From Opitutales bacterium (lineage in GTDB: Bacteria > Verrucomicrobiota > Verrucomicrobiia > Opitutales > JAVBMG01), in NCBI GenBank assembly GCA_031552815.1, contig JAVBMG010000005.1, forward strand, positions 42,406-106,405: a stretch of DNA of 64,000 bases. Direction: 5' to 3'. This document shows positions 1 to 9,333 of this stretch, one piece after another. Position 1 is the stretch's first letter. The number at the start of each line of letters is the position of its first letter. The notes below the pieces were generated by a model that searched no databases, was not told the DNA's origin, and saw nothing but the letters and a program-made list of their open reading frames with translations. The position numbers were made by a program, and so were the translations under genes.

Positions 1-1
1 G

Positions 2-127
2 AAGCATCTTCCGGCTGATTCCGTGAACATTCCCAAGATTTTACATCCCGTCGGAACGTCGAAAGCCAAGTCCGCAGGCTTTCAGATTTTCAAGAAAATC
101 GGGGCAGGCGAATACGAACGCCAATAA
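2..127 (+). CDS. 3' end of a gene entering from the left edge (small protein, possibly FmdB-like zinc-ribbon family)
   Basis: Open frame from base 2 (KHLPADSVNIPKILHPVGTSKAKSAGFQIFKKIGAGEYERQ*), TAA at 125-127, followed by a hairpin and T-tract at 186-217. The family guess is from recollection only. Confidence 0.4.
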   Translation, partial: KHLPADSVNIPKILHPVGTSKAKSAGFQIFKKIGAGEYERQ

Positions 128-185
128 ACTCGCGGTAAGTTTGCTGTCTATCGGATACGATTTACTGCACTTGTTCCTCTACTTG

Positions 186-217
186 ACGGCGGTAGCATCA
201 TGCTACCGCCGTTTTTC
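186..217 (+). terminator. Intrinsic terminator-like hairpin made of two inverted copies of the motif
   Basis: ACGGCGGTAGCAT-C-ATGCTACCGCCGT (13-bp arms, 186-212) followed by a T-run, downstream of the partial ORF ending at 127. Confidence 0.75.
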
Positions 218-392
218 TTAATTAAAAAAAGCAGTTAAGAAAAGTATAAGTGATTCAACTATTTGCGAGACTCAATCGTTATTGTGCATTTGTCGGAGTG
301 AGTTTTTTCAGTTGTTCCTTCGTTGCGAATCCATTGGATATTGATGTTTATATGTTGACCATGATAAGCAAGTTGGAATTATTAAAAACGTC

Positions 393-815
393 ATGGAGAT
401 CGAGTTAGAAGAAAAGAGAAAAATAAAGATCAGAAACCCTCGGGATATTTTTAAAATAATGCGCGAGATTCTTCTTCGCGAAAACAAGATCGATCAGGGA
501 AAAGAACATTTTTGGACTGTTGGATTGAATGGCGCAGGTCGGCTTATGTACATTGAACTTGTCAGCATGGGAACATATAATGAAACCTATGCTGTCCCAA
601 GGGATGTTTTTTCTATCGCAGTTCAAAAGAAAGCGACTCAAGTCATTGGAGTCCATAATCATCCCGACGAAAGTTTGAAATTCTCCAGACAGGATAAGAA
701 GACTACGAAGACCTTGATTGAGTCAGGACGTATACTAGGAATCGAATTTATTGACCACATTATCATTACAACAGAATCGTATACCAGCTTTTGTGAGGAA
801 GGCTTTATGAAATAA
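393..815 (+). CDS. radC: RadC-like JAB/MPN domain protein (stand-alone, no N-terminal HhH)
   Basis: KEHFW, ELVSMGT, HNHP-x6-S-x2-D and IEFIDHIII motifs of the RadC JAB domain; 140 aa. Confidence 0.85.
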   Translation: MEIELEEKRKIKIRNPRDIFKIMREILLRENKIDQGKEHFWTVGLNGAGRLMYIELVSMGTYNETYAVPRDVFSIAVQKKATQVIGVHNHPDESLKFSRQDKKTTKTLIESGRILGIEFIDHIIITTESYTSFCEEGFMK

Positions 816-1117
816 CCTTCATCGCGTGGAAATGAAGCTAACTGATAGTTCGAGTAAGCGACGATAAGCGAAATATGAATTGTGACGCATGGAGTCCTTA
901 TCGGTATTTTGGCGTCCGGATCACGAATAATCCCCGGTCTCTGTTCTGTTTTCTCCCTTTTAATTTACGGCAGACAAATCTGTCATATCTTTTCCCAGTC
1001 TTTAAGTTGACAATCTGCCGGAGTCGTTACGATTTTCCTGCTCGACAATAAAAGAGGGTCGGCGTATTGATTTTATGCCAAAAATTCCTAATTTTCCTAA
1101 CCTTTTCAGGACAATAA

Positions 1118-3019
1118 ATGAGTGAACCATTAAAACACGAGTGCGGGATTGCAGTAATACGGTTGCTTAAGCCGTTATCCTATTTCCAAGAGAAATATGG
1201 AAATCCCCTTTATGCGTATCACAAGCTTTTCCTTCTGATGGAAAAGCAACATAACCGAGGTCAGGACGGAGCCGGTATCGGTTGCGTGAAGTTTAGTGTC
1301 CCGTTGGGGCAACCGTTCATGTTCAGAAAACGCGCGGTTTCGCAGAATTCATTGATGCGTATCTTTGATGAGTCTTTGGCTGATTACAATCGCATGGTGG
1401 CCGACGGTATCATTGATCCGGATTCCCCGGAAACAGTAAAGAAGCACTTTGATTTCGGCGGTGAATTGCTGATCGGGCATTTGCGTTATGGTACCGCCGG
1501 AAACTACGGGGTCAGCGCATGTCACCCCTATTACCGGCGCAGTAACTGGGTGACGCAGAATCTCATGTTGCTTGGTAACTTCAACATGACGAATTCGGCG
1601 GATCTGAACCAGCAGTTGGTTGATCGCGGACAGCATCCGATTTTCGATACCGATACGCAGGCTGTGCTTGAGTCTGTGGGTTATTTCCTGGATGAGGCGC
1701 ACAGTAAAATTTACAAGGAGGTTCGCGGCAGTGTTCCCGGGCATGAAATTCCTTCCATCATCAGCGAACGTCTGGATCCGGCCGGGGTTCTGAAACAATG
1801 TGCTCCAGGATGGGATGGCGGCTTTACGATTGCGGGAGTCATCGGGAACGGCGATTGCTTTGTGATCCGTGACCGTTGGGGAATCCGTCCCTGTTTCTAT
1901 TTCCAGAATGATGAATTTCTGGTCTTTGCGTCGGAGCGCGTTCCGTTGATGAGTGTCTTCGATCAGCCGGCAGAATCAATCAATGAGTTGCCGCCGGCTC
2001 ATGTTTTTGTTGCCAAACGGGACGGCAGCATGAGTTGCATTCCTTATTGCGAGCCCGGTGAAAAGAAAAGCTGTTCCTTCGAGAGCATTTATTTCTCACG
2101 GGGAAATGACCCCGTTATTTATCACGAGCGAAAAGCCTTGGGCCGTGCGCTGTGCGATCCGATATTGAAAGCTGTTGATTACGATCTGGAAAACAGCGTG
2201 TTCAGTTATATTCCGAATACAGCCGAATCTGCCTACTACGGACTTATCCAGGAGTTACGCCGTTTTTATCGCATGCGTATCAAGCGGACCTTGCTGAATG
2301 CTTTCAAGGCAGGCACGCTGACAGAGAAAATGATTGAGGTAGCCCTTGATTACGGGCATCCGCGGATGGAAAAAATTGCGCTGAAAGACATCAAGCTCCG
2401 TACCTTTATTTCCGAGGAAGGACGGCGTGAAACGCTTGCCTCGCACGTGTATGACGTGACGTATGGTGTCGTGAAACCGAATGACAATCTCATCGTGCTT
2501 GATGACTCCATTGTACGCGGCACTACGCTCAAAAAATCCATTTTACGAATCCTGAGCCGGACGAATCCGAAGCGGATAATCATTGCGTCCACGGCTCCCC
2601 AGATACGTTATCCCGACTGCTATGGTATTGATATGTCGGAGTTCGGCAAGCTGGTTGCCTTTGACGCGGCCATTTCCCTGCTTCATGAACGCAGCCTGAG
2701 TTACATCATCGACGACGTGTACAAGGATTGTCTGAAATCCATCGAAGATAAAAACCAGAAGAATCACGTGAAACGCATTTACGAACCGTTTACCGACGAC
2801 GAAATTTCCGCCCGTATTTCCGAGCTGGTCAGCCCGACCAATATTTCCTGGAAAGGTGAAATTCAGTTGATTTTCCAATCCATAGAAAACCTGCATCAAT
2901 GTACATCCTTGCGGGGAGATTGGTATTTCTCCGGCGATTATCCGACGCCGGGAGGAAACAGGGTATCCAATCAGGCATTCATCAACTATTACGAACACAA
3001 AAGCGGACGCGCTTATTGA
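1118..3019 (+). CDS. purF: Amidophosphoribosyltransferase (long form)
   Basis: HECGI catalytic Cys after a short propeptide, QHNRGQDGAG, HLRYGT, PRPP-binding VLDDSIVRGTT, PDCYGID. Confidence 0.95.
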   Translation: MSEPLKHECGIAVIRLLKPLSYFQEKYGNPLYAYHKLFLLMEKQHNRGQDGAGIGCVKFSVPLGQPFMFRKRAVSQNSLMRIFDESLADYNRMVADGIIDPDSPETVKKHFDFGGELLIGHLRYGTAGNYGVSACHPYYRRSNWVTQNLMLLGNFNMTNSADLNQQLVDRGQHPIFDTDTQAVLESVGYFLDEAHSKIYKEVRGSVPGHEIPSIISERLDPAGVLKQCAPGWDGGFTIAGVIGNGDCFVIRDRWGIRPCFYFQNDEFLVFASERVPLMSVFDQPAESINELPPAHVFVAKRDGSMSCIPYCEPGEKKSCSFESIYFSRGNDPVIYHERKALGRALCDPILKAVDYDLENSVFSYIPNTAESAYYGLIQELRRFYRMRIKRTLLNAFKAGTLTEKMIEVALDYGHPRMEKIALKDIKLRTFISEEGRRETLASHVYDVTYGVVKPNDNLIVLDDSIVRGTTLKKSILRILSRTNPKRIIIASTAPQIRYPDCYGIDMSEFGKLVAFDAAISLLHERSLSYIIDDVYKDCLKSIEDKNQKNHVKRIYEPFTDDEISARISELVSPTNISWKGEIQLIFQSIENLHQCTSLRGDWYFSGDYPTPGGNRVSNQAFINYYEHKSGRAY

Positions 3020-3022
3020 ATC

Positions 3023-3571
3023 ATGACGGAAGAAACGGTCAAAATATCTACCGGTGAAATCGCCGGGGCCATTGATAACATGGCATCGGCGATAGCTCAA
3101 AAGCATGCCGCCGTGCAAACGTTGACGCTGGTTGCCATCGCAAATGGCGGGATCATCCTTACTCAACGGTTGTTCAACAGACTAAAGACGCAATTCAAAG
3201 ACCGTATTCATCTTGGTACGATAGACATAACGTTTCATCGCGATGATATTTTCCGGCGGCCCATACCCAAGGCGAGCGAAATTACCGATTTACCGCAGAC
3301 CATCGAGGAGGGTGTTGTTATTCTGGTGGACGATGTGCTTTTCAGCGGACGAAGCAGCCGCGCAGCCATCAACGAACTTTTTGACCAGGGACGTCCCGAA
3401 CGGGTCGAATTGGCCGTGTTCGTAGATCGTGGTCATCAGCGCCTGCCTATCCGTGCGGATTACGTGGGCATAACGCTCAAAACCGATCGGACGGATAAAG
3501 TGCTTGTTCACCTGGATGCTACCGCGCCGGATAACGACAATGTTACGATACAAAAGCAATTAAAGGCATAA
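3023..3571 (+). CDS. pyrR: Pyrimidine regulatory protein / uracil phosphoribosyltransferase PyrR
   Basis: DITFHRDD, VILVDDVLFSGR, VDRGHQRLPIRADYVG; directly upstream of pyrB. Confidence 0.93.
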   Translation: MTEETVKISTGEIAGAIDNMASAIAQKHAAVQTLTLVAIANGGIILTQRLFNRLKTQFKDRIHLGTIDITFHRDDIFRRPIPKASEITDLPQTIEEGVVILVDDVLFSGRSSRAAINELFDQGRPERVELAVFVDRGHQRLPIRADYVGITLKTDRTDKVLVHLDATAPDNDNVTIQKQLKA

Positions 3572-3574
3572 TTT

Positions 3575-4510
3575 ATGACTTGGACACGAAAAGACCTTGT
3601 AGGAATCGAAGAGTTAAACCGCGAAGAAATCGAGTTTGTGCTCGATACCGCGAAGTCATTCAAGAAGGTGCTTGAACGTCCCAACAAAAAACTCCCTTCT
3701 TTACGCGGGAAAACCGTTGTTCACCTGTTTCTTGAACCGTCCACCCGGACGCTCATTTCCTTTGAGACCGCCGCCATGCGGCTCAGTGCGGATATCATCA
3801 ATGTTTCCGGCAGCACGTCCAGTGTGACAAAGGGGGAATCGCTCCGTGACACGGCTGAAAATATACAGGCGCTGAAAGGTGATGTCATCGTGCTGCGCCA
3901 TTCATCTTCCGGTGCCGCCCATTATCTTGCCCGCATCATGCGAATTCCCGTCCTTAACGGTGGGGACGGTTCGCATGAACATCCGACGCAAGCCTTGCTT
4001 GATGCATTTACTCTCCGGGAAAATTTCGGGGATGATCTCAGCAAGCTGAACATCACGATTGTCGGTGACATTCTTTTCAGTCGTGTTGCCCGTTCAAACA
4101 TCTGGTTGCTTACGAAGCTTGGCGCAAAGGTTACCTTATGCGGTCCGAATACGCTTGTTCCGAAGGGTCTTGAAAAAATGGGAGTCCGCGTTTCCCATAA
4201 CCTGCAGGAAGCTATAAAGGATGCCGATGCCGTAATGCTTCTCCGGATCCAGCACGAACGCATGAATGCTTCCTATTTTCCGTCCCTGGGCGAATACAGG
4301 GCGAGTTTCGGGCTGACCCGGGATCGTGTGAACTGGTTGAAGGACAAGGCCATCATCATGCATCCGGGACCGATCAACCGCGGGGTCGAGCTTGACTCCG
4401 AAGTGGCCGATTCATCCCGTTCAGTGATTCTTAACCAGGTGACAAACGGAATTGCTGTCCGTATGGCAGGATTGTACCTGTGTTCTGCCGCTGCCGCACA
4501 GATGGACTGA
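3575..4510 (+). CDS. pyrB: Aspartate carbamoyltransferase catalytic subunit
   Basis: FLEPSTRT, KGESLRDT, HPTQALLD, MHPGPINRGVE. Confidence 0.97.
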   Translation: MTWTRKDLVGIEELNREEIEFVLDTAKSFKKVLERPNKKLPSLRGKTVVHLFLEPSTRTLISFETAAMRLSADIINVSGSTSSVTKGESLRDTAENIQALKGDVIVLRHSSSGAAHYLARIMRIPVLNGGDGSHEHPTQALLDAFTLRENFGDDLSKLNITIVGDILFSRVARSNIWLLTKLGAKVTLCGPNTLVPKGLEKMGVRVSHNLQEAIKDADAVMLLRIQHERMNASYFPSLGEYRASFGLTRDRVNWLKDKAIIMHPGPINRGVELDSEVADSSRSVILNQVTNGIAVRMAGLYLCSAAAAQMD

Positions 4511-4557
4511 TATCCCATGCTACCGTAACAAATAACTACTGCTAATCAAGAAAGCTC

Positions 4558-5853
4558 ATGTCAAAAGTCTTATGGATTTCCAATGGTCGGGTGATTGATC
4601 CGAAAAACAAACGTGACGGAATCGGCGATCTTTACGCCGTGGATGGGAAAATCGTTGCGTCATTGACTGACGAACAGAAGAAATCCGCGGAGAAAGTGGA
4701 TGCTTCGGGGCTTGTTGTCTGCCCCGGGTTTGTCGATATCCATGTGCATTTCCGCGAACCGGGTCAGACGCATAAGGAAAGCATACTGACCGGTTCGGAA
4801 GCGGCTGCAGCAGGAGGGTTTACATCCGTTGTCTGTATGGCCAACACGACGCCGCCCATTGATAATCCCGGTCTTGTCCAATCGCTGAAGGACATTATCG
4901 CACGTGATGCGATCGTGAATGTTTATCTGACAGCAACATTGACAAAAGGCATGGAAGGCAAGGAACTGAGTCCCACCGGTTCACTGAAAAAAGCCGGAGT
5001 GGTTGCCTTGACGGATGACGGGCTTTGCGTGCAGGACAATGAAATCATGCGACGCGGCGTGGAGTATGCGCATATGCACGGATTGCCTGTAAGTGATCAT
5101 TGTCAGGATGTGAGTCTTACGCGGGGCGCTGTCATGCACGAGGGCGATTGGTCCCTGCGCCTTGGTTTGAAAGGTTGGCCCGCTGCCGCCGAAGACCTGA
5201 TGGTCAGCCGTAATATTATTCTTTCGGAATACACGGGAGCGCAGATACACCTTCAACACATTTCCTCGGCCTATTCGGTTGACTTGATCCGCGGGGCGAA
5301 AAAACGCGGTGTTAATGTTACCGCTGAGGCGACACCGCATCATATCACGCTTACCGATTCCTGCCTGAAGGATTACAATACGAATTTCAAAATGAATCCT
5401 CCGCTCAGGACGGATAAGGACAGGGCAGCTTTGATTGCCGGATTGCTGGATGGTAGCATTGATGCGATCTCAACCGATCATGCGCCGCACTCCTTCACCG
5501 AAAAGGATCAGGAGATCGACAAGGCACCGTTTGGAATTATCGGACTGGAAACTTCCTTTGCGGTTTGCATGGAAACACTGGTTGAAGGAAAACATTGCGA
5601 CCTGCCTTTCCTTATCGGCCTCATGACTTGCAAAGCTTCCGAGGTTTTGAAACTGGGAAAAGGCACCTTGTCTGCGGGCGAAGCGGCTGATATAGCGATT
5701 ATTGATCCGGACGAAACCTGGGTATTTGATAAAAGCTCGGTTTTCGGGCGCTCCAAGAATTCGCCGTGGCTCGGGAAGACATTCAAGGGAAGGGTAAAGA
5801 AAACGATTGTCGCCGGGAAAATCGTTTTTGATGGCAACAAGATTATTCGCTGA
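4558..5853 (+). CDS. pyrC: Dihydroorotase (type I, multifunctional-complex type)
   Basis: DIHVHFREPG, LTDDG, KMNPPLR, TDHAPH metal and catalytic motifs. Confidence 0.95.
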   Translation: MSKVLWISNGRVIDPKNKRDGIGDLYAVDGKIVASLTDEQKKSAEKVDASGLVVCPGFVDIHVHFREPGQTHKESILTGSEAAAAGGFTSVVCMANTTPPIDNPGLVQSLKDIIARDAIVNVYLTATLTKGMEGKELSPTGSLKKAGVVALTDDGLCVQDNEIMRRGVEYAHMHGLPVSDHCQDVSLTRGAVMHEGDWSLRLGLKGWPAAAEDLMVSRNIILSEYTGAQIHLQHISSAYSVDLIRGAKKRGVNVTAEATPHHITLTDSCLKDYNTNFKMNPPLRTDKDRAALIAGLLDGSIDAISTDHAPHSFTEKDQEIDKAPFGIIGLETSFAVCMETLVEGKHCDLPFLIGLMTCKASEVLKLGKGTLSAGEAADIAIIDPDETWVFDKSSVFGRSKNSPWLGKTFKGRVKKTIVAGKIVFDGNKIIR

Positions 5854-5856
5854 ACA

Positions 5857-6585
5857 ATGTTACCGCGAAAGCCTGAGAGCAATAACGCATATTACCAGAT
5901 ATTGCTTATTTTTTCGGGGACGCTTGCTGCCATGTTTTTCGGTTTCCTTTTGGGCCGGTTATTCACACCCGGGGGTGAAATCAGTTATGCGGTCTCAAAC
6001 ATGGTAGCGTTTTCGTTTATTCTCTGTTTCTATGTCCTGTTGCACTTCTTTTCGCCGTTTTCCCTTATCAAGTACCTTCAGGAAAAGAAGCTGCCGTTTG
6101 GCAAGGCGCTTTTTTGCGGTATCCTGGGCGGAATCATTGCTTATCCGTTGATTGTGTTTTTATCCGCGGGGGTTCAGGCTGTGCTCGAGACCCCTTTTAT
6201 CAAGGTATTTCTTGAGCGGATCGGCTTGGATGTTTCCTTGCAGGAATCCGTGCTGACAATAACAGAGACAAATGATCCCTGGGTATTGTCATTGATGGTT
6301 TTTACGATCGTTGTGCTTGCTCCCTTGTGCGAGGAAATATTTTTCCGGGGGTGTTTATACAGAATGTTCCGTTCTTATGTGGGCGTTATTTTCGGAGCCA
6401 TACTGAGCGGACTTATCTTCGGCATTATCCATTTTAATCTGGCAGCTATATTACCGCTTGTTTTCTTTGGCATATTTCTTGCCTTTTTATACGAGAAAAG
6501 CGGTGATATACGGGTGCCGATTATTACACATGCTTTTTATAACGGTCTAAGTGTTCTGCTTATGGTTTTCGTCGAAGCAGCTTGA
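5857..6585 (+). CDS. CPBP (Abi/CAAX) family intramembrane metalloprotease
   Basis: Multiple transmembrane segments; PLCEEIFFRG, FGIIH, THAFYN motifs. Confidence 0.88.
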   Translation: MLPRKPESNNAYYQILLIFSGTLAAMFFGFLLGRLFTPGGEISYAVSNMVAFSFILCFYVLLHFFSPFSLIKYLQEKKLPFGKALFCGILGGIIAYPLIVFLSAGVQAVLETPFIKVFLERIGLDVSLQESVLTITETNDPWVLSLMVFTIVVLAPLCEEIFFRGCLYRMFRSYVGVIFGAILSGLIFGIIHFNLAAILPLVFFGIFLAFLYEKSGDIRVPIITHAFYNGLSVLLMVFVEAA

Positions 6586-6706
6586 TAAAGTGATAATTAT
6601 GTTTACTTAAGAAATTAAGGACATTTAATTAATTTTTCATGTAAATAAACAACCTATGACGTATCGGCTTTCCCTTTACCCTTTTTAACAGAACCGATCC
6701 TGACTA

Positions 6707-8371
6707 ATGGAATTTGAAAAAATAACCACTGTTTTTGATAACGAAGAAAAAAGTTTTGCCGAGAAGCATCGTGAAGAACTGGACGGTCATGTAGCGAACA
6801 TGATATTACGTTCTTTGGCCAGTGCACCGTTGAAAAACATCGTGGTGGATCATGCGGTTGGCCGTCGTCCGATCAAGGCAGGCATGTTGTTGGCCCTGGC
6901 ATTGAGTTTTTCCGAAAAGATGAAACAGTTCATCCATTCGGATCGTGTGGGAATTGTTTTGCCGCCGGGAATTCCTTCCATTGTGGTTAACCTTGCGACG
7001 CTATTTGCGAACAAGATACCAGTAAACCTGAATTTTACGCTCGGGCGTAATTCACTGGAGTCGTCCATGCAGATCGCGGGTATAAAGACCGTGATCACGG
7101 TCGATGCCATGCGCGATAAACTAAAGGACTTTCCCTGGCCGAAAGACACGATTGACTTTGTTGGCGTGGTCAAACGTTTCAGCAAGTTCAGTTTGATCAG
7201 GCGTTGCGTATTGGTGAACATGTTACCGGGGAAAATGTTGGCCAGGATTTACGATATTCCCACAACCGGGGGCAATAAGGAGGCCACGCTTTTGTTTACA
7301 AGCGGTAGCGTCGGTGAACCGAAAGGTGTGTTGCTTACGCATCGGAACATCATCGGAAATGTGATGCAGATACTGGATTTGCTTCCCGAAGTAAAATCCG
7401 GTCACAAGCTGCTTGCCAACCTGCCGGTGTTTCACAGTTTTGGATTTACGGTAGGCATGTGTTTACCGCTGATGATTAACCTTCCTCTGGTGACTTGTCC
7501 GTCTCCGTTGGACGTGAAAAAGAATATCAAGGCTATCGCCGAGGATAAGCCAACGATACTGTTGGGAACACCTACCTTTTTGCGGCCATACTTGAAGCGT
7601 GCCACGACCGAGCAAATGTCTCCGATAAAGATTGTGGTGGCTGGCGCAGAGAAAGCGCCGGAAGACCTGATTCAGGCGTGGGAAAAACATTTTTCCTGTA
7701 TCTTCATTGAAGGATACGGCATGACGGAAGCATCACCCATTGTTTCATTGAACCTGTTGACAGAGAAAGACCGCCGGGCTGGTTCTGTTGGCAGAATTTG
7801 TCCCGGTATGTCCGCGCGTGTGGTCGATCCGGAATCCGGCATGCCGCTGAAACTCGGAGACGAAGGTATTTTGCAGATTCATGGCGTAAATGTCTTTGGC
7901 GGCTATTTCCAGGACCCGGAACGAACGATCCAGGTTTTGCACAAGGGATGGTTCCATACCGGCGATTTGGCAAGGATAGACCAGGACGGATTTCTGTTCA
8001 TTGAGGGACGCATTTCCCGTTTCTCGAAAATCGGCGGAGAGATGGTTCCCCATGGAACGATAGAGGAAGCCGTTGTACGTGCCTTAAAGCTTGAGGAAGA
8101 GGAAAAATTGCCCTTGGCGGTAACAAGCCGGCTCGACACGACGAAAGGCGAGGTGCTTGTGGTGTTAAATACTTTACCGGATGTCACGCTTGATTCGGTC
8201 AAGCAGATCCTTTCCGATGCGGGATTTCCGAACCTGTGGATTCCCCGCGAAATGAAGATGGTTCCGGAAATTCCCACATTGCTTACGGGAAAGCTGGACA
8301 TACGGGCCTGCCGGGAAGTTGCCTCGCGTAATGAGGATACGAATGCATCCTTTGAGGATTTGAGCAGTTAA
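6707..8371 (+). CDS. AMP-binding acyl-ACP/acyl-CoA synthetase (like the Aas C-terminal domain)
   Basis: LFTSGSVGEPKG P-loop, EGYGMTE, HTGDLARID, GRISRFSKIGGEMV, TGKLD. Confidence 0.88.
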   Translation: MEFEKITTVFDNEEKSFAEKHREELDGHVANMILRSLASAPLKNIVVDHAVGRRPIKAGMLLALALSFSEKMKQFIHSDRVGIVLPPGIPSIVVNLATLFANKIPVNLNFTLGRNSLESSMQIAGIKTVITVDAMRDKLKDFPWPKDTIDFVGVVKRFSKFSLIRRCVLVNMLPGKMLARIYDIPTTGGNKEATLLFTSGSVGEPKGVLLTHRNIIGNVMQILDLLPEVKSGHKLLANLPVFHSFGFTVGMCLPLMINLPLVTCPSPLDVKKNIKAIAEDKPTILLGTPTFLRPYLKRATTEQMSPIKIVVAGAEKAPEDLIQAWEKHFSCIFIEGYGMTEASPIVSLNLLTEKDRRAGSVGRICPGMSARVVDPESGMPLKLGDEGILQIHGVNVFGGYFQDPERTIQVLHKGWFHTGDLARIDQDGFLFIEGRISRFSKIGGEMVPHGTIEEAVVRALKLEEEEKLPLAVTSRLDTTKGEVLVVLNTLPDVTLDSVKQILSDAGFPNLWIPREMKMVPEIPTLLTGKLDIRACREVASRNEDTNASFEDLSS

Positions 8372-8477
8372 TGCTGGTGTAGGCGGAGCGGCGATATGTC
8401 GCGCGGGTGTCTGTTATTTTTAAGTTTCTTATTTTTTGTGACCCTGTACTGTTGGAAACGAAATTACTTTTGCTTAT

Positions 8478-9245
8478 ATGCCTGATTTTCGAGTATTTGT
8501 GGAAAGCTCTCCGGTTGGCGATATGTTGCAGGTTGGCGAATCGGAAGCGCATCATTTGGTAACCGTATGCCGTGCAAAACCGGATGATACCGTCCGGGCC
8601 TTTGACGGAGCCGGAAAAGAATGGGAAGGTTCTTTGGTTGAGGTCGGAAAACGCAAGGCAAGCATACGGATTAAACAGACGTATACGATTCCGCCCCCTT
8701 CATGCAAAATCTGTCTTGCCCAGGCTTTACCCAAGGGAAAAACCATGGACAGTCTTGTCCGGCGTCTGACGGAAATCGGTATATGGGAAATCCAGCCGCT
8801 GGATACGCGATACAGCGAAGTGCATCTGGACAAAGACCGTCGGGAGAGCAAGACGGAAAAGTGGAATGTGGATGCTCTCGAAGCATGCAAGCAATCCGGA
8901 AATCCGTGGCTGCCGAAAATACTGCCGGTAAAATCCATGCTGCCGTGGCTTGCTGAAAATCCGAAACAGAATGAATTACGGGTGATTGCCAGTTTGCAGG
9001 ACGGTAGCCGTTTTGCTTCTGAAATAATCAATGATTGTCTTGGTGGCTGCATGCCGCAATACATCACACTGCTTATCGGTCCCGAGGGAGATTTTTCCGA
9101 TGAGGAATATGAAGTCGCGGCAAAGGTCGGATTCCAGTCATTGCGGTTGGCGAGACATGTTTTGCGCGTGGAAACTGCCGCTCTTTATGCGGTTTCTGTT
9201 TTTGACCAGGAAATGCAGTGGCGTTCAGGAAAAGTAAACAGTTAA
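8478..9245 (+). CDS. rsmE: 16S rRNA m3U1498 methyltransferase
   Basis: HHLVTVCR, EACKQSG, LLIGPEGDFS, LRVETAA (SPOUT motifs). Confidence 0.93.
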   Translation: MPDFRVFVESSPVGDMLQVGESEAHHLVTVCRAKPDDTVRAFDGAGKEWEGSLVEVGKRKASIRIKQTYTIPPPSCKICLAQALPKGKTMDSLVRRLTEIGIWEIQPLDTRYSEVHLDKDRRESKTEKWNVDALEACKQSGNPWLPKILPVKSMLPWLAENPKQNELRVIASLQDGSRFASEIINDCLGGCMPQYITLLIGPEGDFSDEEYEVAAKVGFQSLRLARHVLRVETAALYAVSVFDQEMQWRSGKVNS

Positions 9246-9333
9246 CTCGGTTTGCTTTGTAAAATAATACCAGCTACAAATAAAGGTTGCGGATGAATAG
9301 TCGGGAAGGATAGAACCTAGATACGTTAATCCA

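Noticed and set aside
816-1117. Riboswitch or PyrR attenuator upstream of purF
   Set aside because: No recognisable purine, ZTP or PyrR-loop consensus. A TTGACA at 1007 has only a poorly spaced -10 element, so no promoter was called.
4558-5853. pyrC as an inactive PyrC' structural subunit
   Set aside because: The HxH, DD, KxNPPLR and DHAPH metal and catalytic residues are all present.
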